Part shown: in pieces, positions 25,658-38,826 of the stretch
How the letters are laid out: each line of letters starts with the position of its first letter
How positions within the stretch are numbered: position 1 is the first letter of the stretch
DNA from: Octopus vulgaris
Taxonomy: Eukaryota
Assembly: GCA_951406725.2 (NCBI GenBank)
Contig: OX597818.1
Location: forward strand, 128,960,001 to 129,024,000
DNA: 64,000 bases
Direction: 5' to 3'
Position numbers and translations under genes: made by a program
The notes under the pieces: generated by a model
The model's database searches: none
What the model was told of the DNA's origin: nothing
Seen by the model: only the letters and a program-made list of their open reading frames with translations

Positions 25658-26743
25658 CCCTTTCGTTACTATATTTCTGACCAAAATACACCCCTTGTGT
25701 GTTTCAATTAATTTCTAACATAATCATAAATTTAGTCTGGTTTCATTAAACAACTATAACATTTTTATTTATCAATATATTAACGTGATTTTTGGAAGAT
25801 AATTTAATGAAATGTTCTCAACCAATTCTATACTATAATTTTTGTCACAAAGTGACTCTAATTGCAGGTAGATACAGGTAAATTCAACAAAATATAAAAT
25901 TATTAAAATTTTGTTCAAACATCGCTATAGAAAATGGGTTATTAGCTAATATTCAATTGGGTATACAACAAAATTTTACGATAGAATTTGTTATTCTGGG
26001 TAACTTTCTGATACCCATAATAATATTTATGGCAAAATAGTCTTAATTTCATTTAAGGTTGTGGGAAACCACTAACTATCCTTTCTTTCGCTTTGTTTAC
26101 ATTTAGCGTAACGGTTCGTTTCCGCCGTAATGATTTCAAATAGGCTCATTCGAAAAAGTAAAAAGAAATAGTCTAAGGCTTTACTCTCCTGGGAAAGTCT
26201 GTGGTTTGGTCCAGTTTCTTCAGAAAAATCACCGAAAGAAACAGTTTTAAAATTTTCATTCCATTCAGGTGCCAATTCATTTTCTTTATCGCTGTCGGAG
26301 CTCTCGGATTCGCTGTTTTCACGTTCGGAAAATGAAACATCAGATTCATTATCAAATACCACGTGCTCTTTTTTTTCAGTCATAGAGTTAGATTTATGAA
26401 GGTCTTCAGTAGAAAATCCTTCGAATTCTGACTCGCTGCTTGATATAATGAAATTCGTATCCATTTTTTGTCAGAATTACAAATTTTGAAAACACAATAG
26501 GAACAAATTTCGGAAAAAAATCTCCCAAAATTCATGGAATTAAAATTACACTTCGATTGTTGTACAAAACTGTAGTTGAACTGTTTACGAAGTATAATAC
26601 GTGTTTTCACGAATGTACCAAAGAGATTTGCTCTGATATTCTCATTTGAATATGAATAGGTAAATACGGGCGTGTTTGGGCGGTTTGGTCACATTAAACA
26701 AAAGTTTTTTCGGGCGGCTTTGGGCGGTTTGGTAACGAAAGGG
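25658..26743 (-). mobile_element. internally deleted piggyBac element
   Basis: TTAA TSDs; TIRs CCCTTTCGTTAC / GTAACGAAAGGG; acidic N-terminus and ALDYFFLLF...IITAETNRYA (26072-26464). Confidence 0.9.
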
Positions 26744-26926
26744 TTAAATTAACATATCCAAAAATAAATGCTAACACAACGTTATCAAGGCAATAGAATA
26801 CATAAAGAATTACTTGGATATTTTTTCTACTTGCATTTATTGGTATCTGATTATTTGATATAGTTAACCAAACATTGAGTGTTTTATAGATATCTGCCTG
26901 AATTTATCAATCCTTTTTACTTATAT

Positions 26927-27340
26927 GAGTAGGAGTGGCTGTGTTGTAGTTACTTTCTTACCAACCACATGGTTCCGGGTTCAGTCCCACTGCGTGGCAT
27001 CTTGGGCAAGTGCCTTCTACTATAGCCTCAGGCCGACCAAAGCCTTGTGAGTGGATTTGGTAGACGGAAACTCAAAGAAGCCCGTCGTATATATGTATAT
27101 ATATATGTATGTGTGTGTATATGTTTGTGTGTCTGTGTTTGTCCCCCTAGCATTGCTTGACAACCGATGCTGGTGTGTTTACGTCTTCGTCACTTAGCGG
27201 TTCGGCAAAAGAGACTGATAGAATAAGTACCTAGCTTACAAAGAATAAGTTCCGGGGTCGATTTGCTCGACTAAAGGCGGTGCTCCAGCATGGCCGCAGT
27301 CAAATGACTGAAACCAGTAAAAGAGTAAAAGAGTAAAGAG
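26927..27340 (+). mobile_element. SINE A, full length
   Basis: family match. Confidence 0.9.
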
Positions 27341-27357
27341 TATATATATATGTATAT

Positions 27358-27790
27358 ATCATCATCATCATCATCGTTTAACGTCCGTTCTCCATGCTAG
27401 CATGGGATGGACAGTTCGACCGGGGATCCGGGAAGCCAGAAGGCTGCACCAGGCTCCAGTCTTATCTGGCAATGTTTCTACAGCTGGATGCCCTTCCTAA
27501 CGCCAACCACTCCGTGAGTGTAGTGGGTGCTTTTTACGTGCCACCTGCACAGGTGCCAGGCGAAGCTGGCCACGGCCACGGTCGGATTGGTGTATTTTAC
27601 GTGCCACCGGCACGGAAGCCAGTCGAGGCAGCACTGGCATTGGCCACGAGTCGGATAGTGCTTTTTACGTACCACCAGACCAGGGATCCTGGCTGGTTCA
27701 ATTCGATTTCGATTTCGCTTGCCCCAACATGTCTTTGCAAGCAAAGGGGATTGGCATGGGTGCCTGTCGTCGGATGAGGTTCTATATCGA
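27358..27790 (-). mobile_element. family E retroposon with a (GAT)n tail and internal ~60-bp tandem units
   Basis: GGATGCCCTTCCTAACGCCAACC motif, TTTTACGTRCCACC repeats; other copies at 39055-39235, 51098-51457 and 62915-63172. Confidence 0.8.
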
Positions 27791-27804
27791 CTTCGATATA
27801 GAAC

Positions 27805-27880
<76 letters not shown>

Positions 27881-27881
<1 letters not shown>

Positions 27882-28662
27882 GTACTACTTTGGCATGTGA
27901 TCTGCAATTTAAAGGGCGATTACTTTAGGTTACTTTTTAAATTTGTGCTACGGCTACTTTGGTGTGTGATCTATGTGAGCAAATTTACTTTGGTGTGTGA
28001 TAATTTTATCGATAACTTGAGCAAACATCTGCTTGAAATGCAAGAAAAAGGTTCGCAGCACTCTTCCTCATCTGTAACCAACAGAAATAATCAAGGTGAG
28101 ATTGGAAGATTTTTTTTGTTCATTCCTGTCATCTTTTTTCAAAATACGGATTTTTGAATCCAACCAGGTTCTTTCAGTTGCTTGAGTATTGGTTCCAGTA
28201 TTTGGATCAACATAATGTCTTTGGTAGTTGAAGCAGAATAGCAGAAATTTAGGTGATTTAGATTGGAGCATATTGGCCATTTGTCAGAATGAATAACCAA
28301 ATTTTCTGCAACTTTCCTTTGAATTATGGAATTCGAGTGTTTCACGATTTCTTTATTTCTTTTTTCTACATAAAAATAATGGCAATCAGCACCTTTCTTC
28401 AATCCAAGGAACCTTCCGATCTCACCTTGATCGTTTCTCTTGGCTACAGATAAGGAAGAGTGGTGAAGACCTTTCTCTTGCATTTCTAGCAGATGTTCAC
28501 TCAATCTATCAATGAAATTGTTTTAATAATAATAAAGCCATGTTTCATTTATGTCATAGTAAATAAAGAAATGTAAAATAAACAACATAATAATTAAAAT
28601 AAGCACGTAGATCACACACCAAAGTAAATTTGCTGATGTAGATCACATGCCAAAGTAGCACC
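27881..28662 (-). mobile_element. Merlin (IS1595/ISXO2-like) transposon derivative
   Basis: TIRs GGTACTACTTTGGCATGTGATCT / AGATCACATGCCAAAGTAGCACC; VIHSDKW and YVDPNTGTNTQATERTW motifs, frameshifted. Confidence 0.8.
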
Positions 28663-28989
28663 TATATATATATGGGATGAGTTTCAATTATGAAATCTTT
28701 TTATTGAATACAGTCAAAACAGTATCACACTAAAAGACAGAGAGGGGAAAACAGACAAAGAAGCCAGGAAAAATGTGAACAAGCCCAAAACCCAAGTACA
28801 AAAATGGGGTCATAACCCCAAAATATTGAATACAAGGTAAGTCTACATTAATTAACATATTTGTTTTCTTGTGATTTACCTTGCATTTACTTCGCATTGC
28901 TTTGGCCTTACCCATGATTCAATACATATCCTTTATACAGACCTCAGCCAAACTGTCCTACACATGCCAGCATGGAAAATGGACATTAT

Positions 28990-29021
<32 letters not shown>

Positions 29022-29305
29022 ATATGTGTGTGTGTGTGTGTATTAGAAAAAGGGATTAAAAATCCAGGCGAATACATTTTAAACATTCTGTTAGAGTCAA
29101 ATTGGCTGACCAAATTGGTCACTCGATTTCTGTAGAACCTTATTCAATTAAATATGGATCGATTAATATGCTGGATTAATAAATCGCTGAATTATGCAAT
29201 ACCAATGTATCTGGAATGATTGTAACATTTAAAAATGTATAATTTTCCTTTTTTTTGTGTTATCCATCAAATGATTGAAGGGGAAGTAAAATATTTACTC
29301 ACACC

Positions 29306-29537
29306 TATTTCTTTACTACCCACAAGGGGCTAAACACAGAGAGGACAAACAAGGACAGACAAACGGATTAAGTCGATTATATCGACCCTAGTGCGTAATT
29401 GGTACTTAATTTATCGACCCTGAAAGGATGAAAGGCAAAGTCGACCTCGGCAGAATTTGAACTCAGAACGTAGCGGCAGACGAAATACGGCTAAGCATTT
29501 TGCCCGGCGTGCTAACGTTTCTGCCAGCTCGCCGCCC
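29306..29537 (-). mobile_element. SINE B, full length, with TSD
   Basis: TSD ATATTTACTCACACC / ATATTTACTTATACC. Confidence 0.9.
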
Positions 29538-29689
29538 TTATATTTACTTATACCTTCACTAAAACTTTCTTTAGGTTGGCTGCACTACCTTCAGCACTCG
29601 TGCTGAAAGATAGTACTCATGTGAGCACACAGCCAAAGTTTGACCTTGATTGCTCCAGTTTTCTTTCTCGTGTTATAGAGTAAACACAG

Positions 29690-30395
29690 CTGCTCTGCTG
29701 GTATTGTGCAGCAAAGAAGAACAAAGATAAGTGTTCCAATTTCTCTTGTCTGAAGGTGTGTCAGGGGCTGAAATTCATTGCAGGCTTTCTGTACAATATA
29801 GCAACAGTGATCTACTGCGTAGAAGTGTGTATGAGTTAACTGAGTTTAAAAATGGTCAGACAAACACGAAGTATGAAGATAGAGCCGGACGTCCATCAAC
29901 CTCCACCTTTGACATAAAGATTCAACAAGCTCGAGAGATGGTTCTGGTGAACCAACGACTAGTTATTGATGAGGTAATATAGTCTCCACAAATTAGTCAT
30001 AGTTATGCATATGAAATCATCCACAACATGCTTCATTTCCATAAAGTCTGTGCGAGATGCGTGCCATGAGAGCTTACTGAAGTGCACAAGTGCAGTCGTG
30101 TAGAGATGTCAACACTTATTCGACCACTACAATGACGAAGGTGAAACATCTTTTGAGAGAATAGTCACAAGAGACAAGACCTGGGTCCATAACTTTGAGT
30201 CAGAATCCCAAAGACAGAGTATAGAGTGGAAAAACCTGGAGTCACCAGTGAAAAAAGAAATCCAAAACTCAACCTTTTGAAGAATAAATGATGCTGACTG
30301 TTTTGGGGTTGCAAGAGGGCCAATAATAGAACATTACTAGGAAAAGAGGTGTACAGTCATCAATGTAAGCTTCAGGGAAATGCTGGTCAACAAAC
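29690..30395 (+). pseudogene. mariner transposase relic (N-terminal two thirds)
   Basis: EIHCRLSVQY...RAGRPSTS, KVCARCVP (WVP motif), RIVTRDKTWVH; stops and frameshifts. Confidence 0.85.
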
Positions 30396-30612
30396 TGAAT
30401 TCACACCAAATGTCAAGGTTCCATTGTCAATTAACACCAAACGCAGAGGTCCTTTGTCAAAGCAAGGTAGGGTTTGCTGTATGCATGCCTACTACAGACA
30501 CTACCTTTTTCTGGCAAAGGCTTATATGTCCCAATATTAGACTATTTCCCTTAGTCAATGCACAGTGATTGCTATAAGCTTTAAGCTTATAAAACATTAT
30601 CATTATTTACAG

Positions 30613-30675
<63 letters not shown>

Positions 30676-30913
30676 TAGCATGGAAAACGGACGATGATGA
30701 TGATGATGATATATATATATATATATATATATGTAAAGTCATCTATAAGTCATATGTTATGGAAATATCTTGTTGAAAACCAAATTCACTGCAGTATTCG
30801 TCTGAATAATATCTCTTACAAGTATGTTGTATTTAAAAATAATATATGTATATTAAAAATGGGGAAGACTGGTTTTGGGGATTACCTTGTTGTTGTTGGA
30901 ACTGGGACCAATA

Positions 30914-31393
30914 ATATTGTATAACAAAATTTTTACCTTTTTTTTTGTCTTTAGTCAATGTTATTTCCTATTTGCTTCTACCTAGAAATCGAAGGAAATG
31001 ACTTCTATTCCCTTCAAACTTTACTTTTGTGACCTCGATATTAATGTTTGCTAACTGACCTATTTTCCATTGCATTTCAGACAGATTCAGTGCTGAGTTG
31101 CTGAAGCAGAAATATCATTATAGCAAATATTCTGCTCAATATCACAGATACACTTGTCATTTGCTTCGCTGTAATCAGTTGAGCATGTCCCTTAGTGGTT
31201 AATGATATGTGTATCTCTGATCATGAGCAGAAGTAGCATGGTGGAGTATCATGGCCATGTGTTGAGAGGGTTTCTTTGGGGTTTGAATAAATGTAACAAA
31301 AGCAAAGTCTGAAGGAAATATTAGCCATTTTTCATACTTTCATAGGAAATAACAGTTGCTACCCAAGGACAAAAATCATGTTACACAGTGTAA
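30914..31393. mobile_element. old MITE with ~100-bp imperfect TIRs
   Basis: 30940-31033 is the degenerate reverse complement of 31293-31376 (TGTTATTTCCTA; CCTTCARACTTTRCTTTTGT). Confidence 0.55.
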
Positions 31394-31453
31394 TCTATGA
31401 GCCTTTAGGATCAATATTTTATTCACTCAGCCATAGTACCTCTATAGCAATAG

Positions 31454-31623
31454 ACGCAGGAGTGGCTGTGTGGTAAGTAGCTTGCTAACCAACCACATGG
31501 TTCCGGGTTCAATCCCACTGCCTGGCATCTTGGGCAAATGTCTTCTGCTATAGCCCCAGGCCGACCAATGCCTTGTGAATGGATTTGGTAGACGGAAACT
31601 GAAAGAAGCCTGTCGTATATATG

Positions 31624-31660
<37 letters not shown>

Positions 31661-31862
31661 TTGTGTGTCTGTGTTTGTCCCCCTAGCATTGCTTGACAAC
31701 CGATGCTGGTGTGTTTACGTCCCCGTCACTTAGCGGTTCGGTAAAAAAGAGACCGATAGAATAAGTACTAGGCTTACAAAGAATAAGTCCCCGGGGGTCG
31801 ATTTGCTCGACTAAAGGCAGTGCTCCAGCATGGCCGCAGTCAAATGACTGAAACAAGTAAAG
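31454..31862 (+). mobile_element. SINE A, full length
   Basis: family match. Confidence 0.9.
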
Positions 31863-32059
31863 CAATGATACCTCAGATGCTAGTTGGAGTGCTGGAGTGA
31901 GTGAGTATAATAACACTTGTGCTTGATGAGTTGGAATTTAAAGCAAACTGTTGGACACGGAGGTGGTGGTGGTGGTGGTGGTGATTTCATCTTTCATCTT
32001 ATTGGACAATAAAGTATATTAAATAAGTAAAGACTGAAAGAAGTGGAGTCTTAGGAGAT

Positions 32060-32560
32060 AGACAAATGAAAGATAGAGAGCAAGAGTGAGATTAAGAGAG
32101 TGACTGAGAGAGGGAGAAAGTGAGATTATAAAGGAGAGAGAGAGAGAGTGAGAATACAAAGGAGAGAGAGAGTGAGAATGCAAGGGAGAGAAAAAGAGAG
32201 TGAGACTGTAAGGGAGAGAGAGACCACAAAGGAAAGAGAGTGAGACTATAAGGGAGAGAGAGAGACCACAAAGGACAGAGAGACTACAAACGAGAGAGAG
32301 AGAGAGAGTGAAAGAGACAGAGAGAGACTACAAAGGAAAGTAAGACTACTAAGCAAGAGAGAGAGAGACTACAAAGGAGAAAGAGGAAAACTACAAGGGA
32401 GAGAGAACAAGACTATAAAGAAAAGAGAATGAGAGTACAAAGGAGAGAGACTGAAAGAGGGAGAGAGAGAGGGAGAGAAAGAGAGAGAGTGGGAGAAGAA
32501 GGGTTAGAATGAGATAAGGGAAAAGAAGAGAGAAGGAGGAGGAGGAGAGAAAATGGAAGG
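32060..32560. repeat. purine-rich (GA)n tract with GAGACTACAAAGG subunits
   Basis: direct reading. Confidence 0.85.
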
Positions 32561-32767
32561 GATTAATCACAGAGGTTGTTGAAGATAATTAATTCCACTG
32601 CAACAGCTGTGGAAGTGTGTCAATGACCCGGGTCACAGAGAGACCCCGGATCAAAATTTTGACACCTCAAGAAGTTTAAAGAAGAGTGAGTAAAACAGGT
32701 TCAAATTTTTTTTTATGTGTTGAATGGCTGAGAATGATGCTTCCACAAAGTTACTGATTCAGTTTCG

Positions 32768-33178
32768 ACGCGCAGGAGTGGCTGTGTGGTAAGTAGCTTG
32801 CTAACCAACCACATGGTTCTGGGTTCAGTCCCACTGCGTGGCATCTTGGGCAAGTGTCTTCTGCTATAGCCCCGGGCCGACCAATGCCTTGTGAGTGGAT
32901 TTGGTAGATGGAAACTGAAAGAAGCCTGTCGTATATATGTATATATTTATATGTATGTGTTTGTGTGTCTGTGCTTGTCCCCCTAGCATTGCATGACAAC
33001 CGATGCTGGTGTGCTTATGTCCCCGTCACTTAGCGGTTCGGCAAAAAGAGACCGATAGAATAAGTACTGGGCTTACAAAGAATAAGTCCCGGGGTCGATT
33101 TGCTCGACTAAAGGCGGTGCTCCAGCATGGCCGCAGTCAAATGACTGAAACAAGTAAAAGAGTAAAAAAAGAGAGAGT
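32768..33178 (+). mobile_element. SINE A, full length
   Basis: family match. Confidence 0.9.
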
Positions 33179-33417
33179 ATATGGTCTCAGATTTAGTTGC
33201 TTGTTAGACAAGTATGACTATGGAATAAATAAACACACACTCACATGCATGCACACACACACACATGTGCACATACAATGTATCATACGTGCTTGTGTTG
33301 CAATTTTAATTGAACCACAAACAAGTTGGTGATTCAGTACGATATTCAATAAAGTCTTTTCTATCATCAAATATAAAAAAATTTAAGCAGCCAGTAACCT
33401 AAATAAAAAATAAATAT

Positions 33418-33488
<71 letters not shown>

Positions 33489-33557
33489 CATATATATATA
33501 CATATATATATATACATATATATATATATACATATATATATACATATATATATATAC

Positions 33558-33595
<38 letters not shown>

Positions 33596-34618
33596 GTATC
33601 TAATGAAGGATAAAATTTTTTTCGAAAAAAATATTCTTTTCCAAAAAAATCTTATCAATGGCCAGCATATCAAAAAATACCTTTAAAGGTTAAATCTATA
33701 AACAATTCATAATTAAGGGCAAACGAAAAAATTTTTAATGCCAGATATGCTGAAAAATTGGCCATATTGTCCATTAACCATATAATTTTTTCACAATATG
33801 CACGCTACTCGAAAAAAGGTCGACAGAAATTTCTAAGATCAACTGTGATTGATATATAATACTATATATTTCGCATAATACACACATGCACACACACACA
33901 CATACCCCCCCCCCCCCACACACACACATGCACATGTTGTAGGGAATTTAGTAATAACAGTACACTCTTCCCATGTGACAGATGAAATAACCTAGTCTCT
34001 ATAAGTACAGGGAAGTATGTGAAGTACCAGAGTACATGGCAGGTGGTCAGAGATAGCTGTGTCTTTATTGGATTTACTAAGTATACCATATACTGAAGTG
34101 GGCGTTATAACAATCTAACATATAAGAAGCAATATAACAGTGGTGACAAGGATTTAAGCAACTCACGAGGAATTTATAAACTTGAGGAGGATTTAAAGAA
34201 CTCATGAAAATTTTAACAACTTATGAGGAATTAATAACTCACGTCAAGTTATCAAACTCACAAAAGATTTTGTTGTGTGAATTTTAAGAAACAAATCGTA
34301 AATTTATGGAAAATTTGTTGGCCAATTTGCTTGAGCTGCAAAAGCAGCAACTGAAAGAACAACATCAGCAGCTACAACTGCAAGAACAACAGTTGAAGCA
34401 ACAACAACAAATTATATTACAGCAACAAATGCTGAAATTACTGAAATCATCAGGTAAGTCAGAAAAAGTGTTCTCGACGGACTATGTCACAAACTCCATA
34501 ACAGAGTTCAAATATGAACCTGACGAAGAAGTTATCTTTGAAGCATGCAACAGAAGATATGAACAAATCTTTGAGAAGGAATGTAAAGATTGGAATGACG
34601 AGATGAAAACACACTTAA

Positions 34619-34828
34619 CCCTTTAGTGTTCACATTATTCTGCCAAAATTAAAGCTTCTTCATCCACATTGTTTTGAACTAATCATGCATTATCTTGTAG
34701 CTATGAGGTAACTGTTAATTTTTAAGATGATATTGTAGGGTTGGTGTGAGAGACCAGATCTGGCCAGTTTGAACATAAAACAGGCAGAATACTTTTGGCT
34801 GGATATAGCCAGTTTAAATGCTAAAGGG
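34619..34828. mobile_element. piggyBac-type MITE inside gag
   Basis: TTAA-CCCTTTAG ... CTAAAGGG-TTAA. Confidence 0.9.
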
Positions 34829-35774
34829 TTAATCTTGAGAAAACTGGTGGCAACAGGACATGAACAATTCAATGATTATGTACTCCCAAGAAGACCTTTA
34901 GACATAAACTTTAATGACACAATGGATATATTGTGTAAAATTTTCAGTGAAGAAAGATCATTGTTCAACACACGTTGGAAGTGTCTGTACATAGAGAAGA
35001 ACAATGATGAGGACTACATCACGTATGCTGTAGAGTTAACAGGGAATGCAAAATTAAGCTGGACAAATTAATGCCACATATGTTTAAATGCCTGATTTTT
35101 ACACAGAGGACTTACCGCCGAAAATGATGTAGAAGTTAAAACTAGAATTCTTGCAAAGCTGCAACAAAGCCAGGATGTAACCCTACGGCAAGTGTCAGAA
35201 GAATGTAAAAGAATAGTCAAATTAAGACATGACACAGAAGAAATTGAATATAAAGATTGTTTCCGAGTAAAGCAAGTGCAAAATAGTCAGAATAGAAATA
35301 AAGTGTTTTCTAAAAGATAGAACAAAAGTCAGGAAATAAAGCCATGTTTTGCATGTGGGGGTATACAACCGAGGAAAAATTGTCCATTTAAAAAAAGCAG
35401 AGTGCTTTTGTTGTGGTAATATAGGGCATATAAAGATGCACTGTAGAACAAAGATGACAAAACGTCAGAACAAAGGAAAAAGAATAAATAGTATGTCATT
35501 GAAAGAAATTGGTACAATAATGATGAGGAAATTTGTGAAGGTGAAAATCAGAAATACAAGTGTCAAAATGTAGTTGGACACTTGTAGTAGTATCACCATT
35601 TTAAACGTAAAAACTTGGAAATATATCGGTAAGATGAAACTAATTAAATCAGAAAAAGGTAGTACATAGAGTTACAGAAAAAAGATTATATTTTTTCGGT
35701 GACTTTATATGTAATGTAACATTTCGAGGTCAAATAAAAAAGGCAAAGATATATGTGTTAAAAAGATCACTTAA

Positions 35775-35995
35775 CCCTTTTGTTACCAACCCGGCTGAAA
35801 CCAGCTCTGGCTCTGTTGTACAAATGTCTTGTTTTCTTAAGGTTTCAATTAAAATCTTCCACCAAACCTTAGTCACAATTTATGTTCCTAATACAAGCTG
35901 AATGGTAACTAAGTTATTTTACTAAATTCTTTGTTATATTTAAAGTAATTGAAAGAAACACAGAACATCTCAAAATAAATACAGTAATGAAAGGG
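35775..35995. mobile_element. second piggyBac-type MITE family inside the protease region
   Basis: TTAA-CCCTTTTGTTAC ... GTAATGAAAGGG-TTAA; termini resemble those of 25658-26743. Confidence 0.9.
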
Positions 35996-36378
35996 TTAAT
36001 CTATTCAGCACAGAGTGGATGAAACTATTCAAAGCATGGAATATTCCCATAAGTGTTTTGTGTGGAAATATAGCTGGTTCAGTCAAAGGTTCAAATGTGG
36101 CTGAGGGACTGAAACAAAAAAAAATCGCAGTAAAACAGAGTGGAACACCTGTATGTAAGCCAAAACGAAATGAAAAATTGCCTATTTCTCACTACTAGTG
36201 ATTCTACCATTTCACTTCCTTCTTTTGTCTTTTCAGAAGAGAAGGTAAAAAATACTTCACTAACAAAATGTGCAGCAATCTGTCTTTATTTGTCAGTTTG
36301 AGAACCAGCATCCTACACCACATCACAAGATAAACCATAACTAACTAACTAAATAAATAAATATATAAACCTGTTTGA

Positions 36379-36727
36379 TCCTTTAGCATTCAGATTACTC
36401 AGTCAAATGTTATGTTTACTTGTTCACATTGTTTTTACTTAACCATGCATTATCTTGTAGCTTTGAGTTTTCAATGATGCGATTATAAGGTTGTCCCAAA
36501 AGTTCGTAAAAACTTTGCGAAAATTTGAATTTTTATGCAATTTTTAATTGTTTGTTTGGGTTTATATTGTTATAGTCAATTTTCGCAAGTGTTTACGAAC
36601 TTTTGGGACAACCTAATATTTATAGAATGACATTGTAGGATAGGTATAAGAGGCCAGATCTGGCTGGTTTGAGCATAAAACAGGTGGAATATCCGAGCTA
36701 AATATGGTCGGTCTAAATGCTAAAGGG
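36379..36727. mobile_element. piggyBac-type MITE containing a nested MITE
   Basis: same family as 34619-34828; right end CTAAAGGG-TTAA. Confidence 0.8.
36486..36616. mobile_element. Tc1/mariner-type MITE
   Basis: TIRs AGGTTGTCCCAAAAGTTCGTAAA / TTTACGAACTTTTGGGACAACCT, TA TSD. Confidence 0.85.
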
Positions 36728-36732
36728 TTAAT

Positions 36733-37156
36733 TGATGTGGAGTTGTCTACCAACATACCCCAACCTCTGACCTACAGATGTGCTGTCTCCTCTTTGTTCT
36801 GCATCTGAAGTGGCCTCTGTTCCTCACATTTAGTTGATCTTATATTACCACCACTCAGGCTCTTCAGCACATTTGTCTCTTTTCCTTTTTCTGTCACCCG
36901 TTTTATATCCATTCCTCATCAGGTCCCACACAAACCATTACAATCCATTCAGCCTTTCCCTCCCAGAAACATCAATCCTTTGAAATTCCCCTACTGTTGG
37001 TGTTTTTCCCCACAGTCCATCAACTTTCAACTCTTCAAGAGCAACATTAATTGACTATTGCCAGCCAAATCTCATTGGTTTTTGAGGGTGTTTGAAGGAC
37101 TAGGGGCACATCCCTTACCCAAGACAAAACTAATAAAAGGTAAAAAAAAAAAAAAG
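36733..37156 (+). pseudogene. CR1/L2/Jockey-like LINE 3' end
   Basis: decayed C-terminal text ending VFP.SINFQLFKSNIN, followed by a poly-A. Confidence 0.55.
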
Positions 37157-38476
37157 GACCCAGGAGACTCACTACCAGGGGCAAGGAGCACTATCATCAC
37201 CAATAATACTGTTGCCTCTGTCACCACTGCCTCTACCTGATTGTTCTTCAGTTTAGAGACAGAGGTGAGGGAGAACACACATGCACGCATACACACATGC
37301 ACACACAGATACACCCTCTCTCTGTCTCTCTCTCAGACACATGCATACATCTTGTCTTTAAAGAGGTGAAGTCAAAATGAGTCATCAAACCAACTTAGTA
37401 GCACCTGATACTAACTATTTATGTAATATGATATTTTAACAACAACTTCCCAAATATTCTGTCCATCTCTCTGTCTGTCTCTATTACACACTTGTGTGTG
37501 TGTGTGTGTGTGTATGTGTGTGTGTGTGTGGAGAGAAAGAGAGTAAGAGATGAGAAAAGAGAGAGGGAGAGGGGGGAGAGGAGGGGGGCTGGGAGAGATG
37601 CTGCATAACCAATAGCTAACTAATAAGATGGAGTGGAACGACCAAGAAGGTCGCTGTCGGATATTTTATCACTTGGTCATTGAGATAAGGTAACCAAGGA
37701 ACATGTGTGTGTGTGTGTGTGTGGGGGGGAGATGGGTGGAAGGGGGGTCGGACACAAATCGAAGGGGTGGGGAGGAGGGAAGCGAAGAAGGCAGAGGAGG
37801 TCATGGGATGATGAGTGTGGTGATGATGGTGATGGTGATGTTGGTGGTTGTCGTATTTGCTGTTATTGTTGTTGTTGGTGGTGGTGATGGCGTAGGTATA
37901 AGAAGGATTGGGTGGAATGACAGGCTTGTGTTGGCCTGCAGGGTGGGTGGTTGGTTGGAGGTTTAGTAAGATGTGTTAGTGGTGGTGGAGGACATGGTAA
38001 TGATGATGACAGTGGTAGCAGTCGTAGTTAGAAATAGTAGTAGTAGTGGTGGCGGTGGACTATGTAGACTGACGGTGGGGTAAGGTACTTGGTGGTGTTG
38101 GGGTGTGGTTATTGATCAGCTGGTGGCGAGGGCAGGAGTTCTTCATTATCTCTCATTCATTCTGTAACATATCTTTCATACATGATATACACATAGACAT
38201 AAACACAAGTATAATTCTACACATACATACAACACATGGACACATACATTTACCTATTTATATACACACACACGCACACACACATCTCCATTTCAGGTAT
38301 GCATTGTACCCATATGCGCAGGTGTGGCTGTGCAGTTAAGACGCTTGATTCCAAACCATCTTGTCTCAGGTTCAATCCCACAGTGAGGCATCTTGAGCAA
38401 GAGTTTTCTAGTATAGCCCCAGAACAAACAAAGCTTTGTGAGTGGACTTAGTAGATGAAAACTGGAAGAAGCCATC

Positions 38477-38507
<31 letters not shown>

Positions 38508-38592
38508 TGTATGTATGTATGTATGTATATATATATATACTTAATTAGTTAATAAATTATATGAATTGGTATTATCTGTAAGTTAATTATTT

Positions 38593-38826
38593 GAAGGCGG
38601 CGAGCTGGCAGAAACGTTAGCACGCCGGGCGAAATGCTCAGCAGTATTTCGTCTGCCGCTACGTTCTGAGTTCAAATTCCGCCCAGGTCGACTTTACCTT
38701 TCATCCATTCGGGGTCGATTAAATAAGTACCAGTTACGCACTGGGGTCGATATAATCGACTAAATCCGTTTGTCTGTCCTTGTTTGTCCCTTCTGTGTTT
38801 AGCCCCTTGAGGGTAGTAAAGAAATA
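38593..38826 (+). mobile_element. SINE B, full length, with a 17-bp TSD
   Basis: GGTATTATCTGTAAGTT at 38568-38584 and 38827-38843. Confidence 0.92.

Larger units (their letters stand above)
33935..36170 (+). mobile_element. decayed Gypsy (Mag-like) LTR retrotransposon: 5' LTR, PBS, gag, protease
   Basis: LTR TGTTGTA...TATAACA (33935-34139); PBS TGGTGACAAGGAT at 34141; gag from 34306; paired Cys knuckles CFACGG/CFCCGNIGHIKMHC; protease LDTCSSITI. Confidence 0.85.

Noticed and set aside
26072-26464. domesticated PGBD gene
   Set aside because: only the N-terminal 130 aa, inside a TIR/TTAA-bounded deleted element lacking the catalytic core
34306-34626. host polyQ protein
   Set aside because: it is the Gypsy gag N-terminus, following the LTR and PBS and truncated by a MITE
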